Assembly (NCBI GenBank): GCA_002633005.1
Contig: NMRA01000052.1
Location: forward strand, 398,613 to 462,612
Direction: 5' to 3'
Source of the DNA: Phoronis australis
Taxonomy: Eukaryota; Animalia; Phoronida
Length of the DNA stretch: 64,000 nucleotides
Position numbers and translations under genes: made by a program. Positions 61,736 to 64,000 of the stretch are shown one piece after another. The notes beneath the pieces were generated by a model that worked only from the letters and a program-made list of their open reading frames with translations, ran no database searches and had not been told where the DNA came from. Every line of letters begins with the position of its first letter. The stretch's first letter is position 1.

Positions 61736-64000
61736 TTACAAACTGAACAGACTTAGTGAATTCATCTATTTCATAGTGACAAGCAAACACACATTATCTT
61801 TTGATTCATTGGGAACCTCAACAACAGCATGCATGTTACGGCTTCAAATATCTATTAACACACAAACTATTGCGCTTAGGTGTACCCAAGCGTATATTTG
61901 TTTTCCTTTAATTTACACACAATGTGTTCACAACAGACTCAAATCCAGGGGGTTTGGACCCCGTACTCGGCCACTTTTTGTCGTGTTCTGGCGGAGTATC
62001 AAGTAGTCCCCATATTCGTCCATTGTTAGACCCTCTTCAGGTCATGATCCCAGACAACTTTCTTTTACATTTTCTCAAGTTAATTGTTTTACTCTGACAA
62101 GGACAAGGTGTGATGCAAACTTAACCTGGTGTTGGACAAATTGTCACAACTTGTTAACTTGAACTCTCACACACTAAGTCTATACCAGATTTGTCTCAAA
62201 ATTGTTGCTGACTTTATCCGTTCGTTCAAGTACTCAAAATATTTTCTATTAGACCCATAACATCCTGTCAAATTCAAAGCTTATTCCAAAGAAAAATATC
62301 TGCTATACATACCTTTGAGCTAAGCTTGCAGCTTTAGCAAAGCCTTGGACATAATGTGTTAATTCAGTTAGCACATTGCCTATACAGTCATTCCATCATT
62401 TTGTTTTGTGAGAAAATAGTGATTGAGCTGAGGTGCACAAAGTCAGTCTGTAGCTTGTTTGGTTTGTCATCCTGTTGAAATAAGCATTGTGTGTTGTCTG
62501 TTTTAACTGTTTAAGCCCACTATTGGTTTTTACTGAAGATTGGAACTGTTCAAACTAAGCAGGTCCTTGAATCAATACTTGTTTGTGGCAATGATTTTTT
62601 TTTTGAATGACAAAAATTTGACAAGTAACCCTATAGACCCTCTTCACTGCTGGCTGTCCTTAAAAAGTCTTTTGAGTCAGTCCCGTTGAATAGAAAGGGC
62701 TTCCGTTGTTTAGGTTTTAGGTATTGTCTGTCAGGTTATCAAGTGTTTACAGGAAACCTTATCTCCTCGGACTTAACAAGTGTATTGTTAACTGTAAGAA
62801 GTAACTGGCGTCAGTGTAACATGTTAGGTTGCAAACCTCTCTCACTGTAAAGTAACACAATTCTGGTCATCCTGTTCTGGTGATTTTGAAAATTGTTTAT
62901 GCCTGCTGCATGTGTTTCAAGCTCTTGATAACGTGTTCATGCGCAACCAGAATTTCTCAATTTGCATTGAAGCTCTAGATTCAACGTTTGTATTTACAGT
63001 AGCAATTCCCAGTGATAATAATTACTATTACTTCATTTCATCTGGATAGGGCAAAGTCTTTTACATTAAACCACAATGTGGTAAAAAAGAGATATTTTGT
63101 AACGGTACCACAATTCATCGATATGTTATTTAATCATCAGGACCATTTCAATTTGATTATTTTGTTCCAATTTTTCCTGTTACGTGTCTTACAAAGTTAC
63201 AATTTATTTGTATCTTGAAGAGAATTATTGGATTTGTTCATGAGTTGGAATCTATCATATTTAAACAATTTTTTATTCCAACTTCTTGAAAATACAGTTT
63301 TTGTTGCTATTCGTCTAGTATAGTCACGTTTCCAAACAAAAATGGCTGTGTCCAGCACCTCTGCACTAGAGCTTAATGAACTAATTTAACGAACAAGATT
63401 CGAATCTGAAATAATAAGTTCTTCCTGAAACAAATCAAATTCTTAAAAATGTGTATTGTCTCAGCCCTAAATATCTATATTTTGTATTTGGCAATTTCAA
63501 TGCGAAATTTATTAACTGAAGAGAAATTTACTTCATTTCAACACATTCTAAAGCTATCGTCAAAAGATTCGTGTCCTGACATTCTGAGAATTTGTAGTCA
63601 TGTAATAAGCTATTGGAAAACAGAAAATGACAATTTCGATAATTTTGTTTAGATTTTGAGAAATTTTACTGTTTGTTTTTTATTCTAGAGGACTAATTTC
63701 CCTGAAGGTAGATAACGACAAAACACAATATAGGATTTACTAAGCTAAATTATGCATGGTTTCGCGAAGTTGGAAAAGTGTAAAACTGGAAACTGAACAA
63801 AAGCTAATTAATGAGAGAAGCACAAGTAAAACACATTTATAAACCAGAAAGGAAATGAACAAATCCTCAAACAGGGTGATGTCTGTCACGAAGCACACTG
63901 TCCATCGAGTATAATTGTTTTACCTTTCTGCATTCACTGCGTTTTGGGTTCCTAGAATTACAGAATGTGGCAATGTGTCCGTGAAAGTACACATCTGTTA

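Overview
This is eukaryotic (animal, most likely invertebrate) genomic DNA: AT-rich, with GT-AG spliceosomal introns and many MITEs. There are no prokaryotic features such as operons or CRISPR arrays, and most ORF-track entries are spurious. Four genes are supportable. (1) An SLC6 Na+/Cl--dependent amino-acid/neurotransmitter transporter on the minus strand, with six phase-consistent coding exons from 10483 down to 623; it continues past the left edge. (2) An uncharacterised single-exon 238-aa ORF at 37156-37872 (-). (3) YIPF5/Yip1 on the plus strand, of which the first three coding exons are visible (44007-46532). (4) An intronless LRR-Ig-TM receptor at 49744-51552 (-), apparently nested antisense inside a large YIPF5 intron. 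The most unusual observation is three candidate alternative first coding exons of the SLC6 gene (about 16.4, 34.3 and 36.1 kb). All end in phase 0 and each rebuilds an RVxF-type PP1-docking motif across the same splice junction (KR|VSF, KKS|VSF, KR|VSF). This is inference and needs RNA-seq. The rest is MITEs and foldback elements, LINE and Penelope fragments, tandem repeats and three single-N assembly joins.
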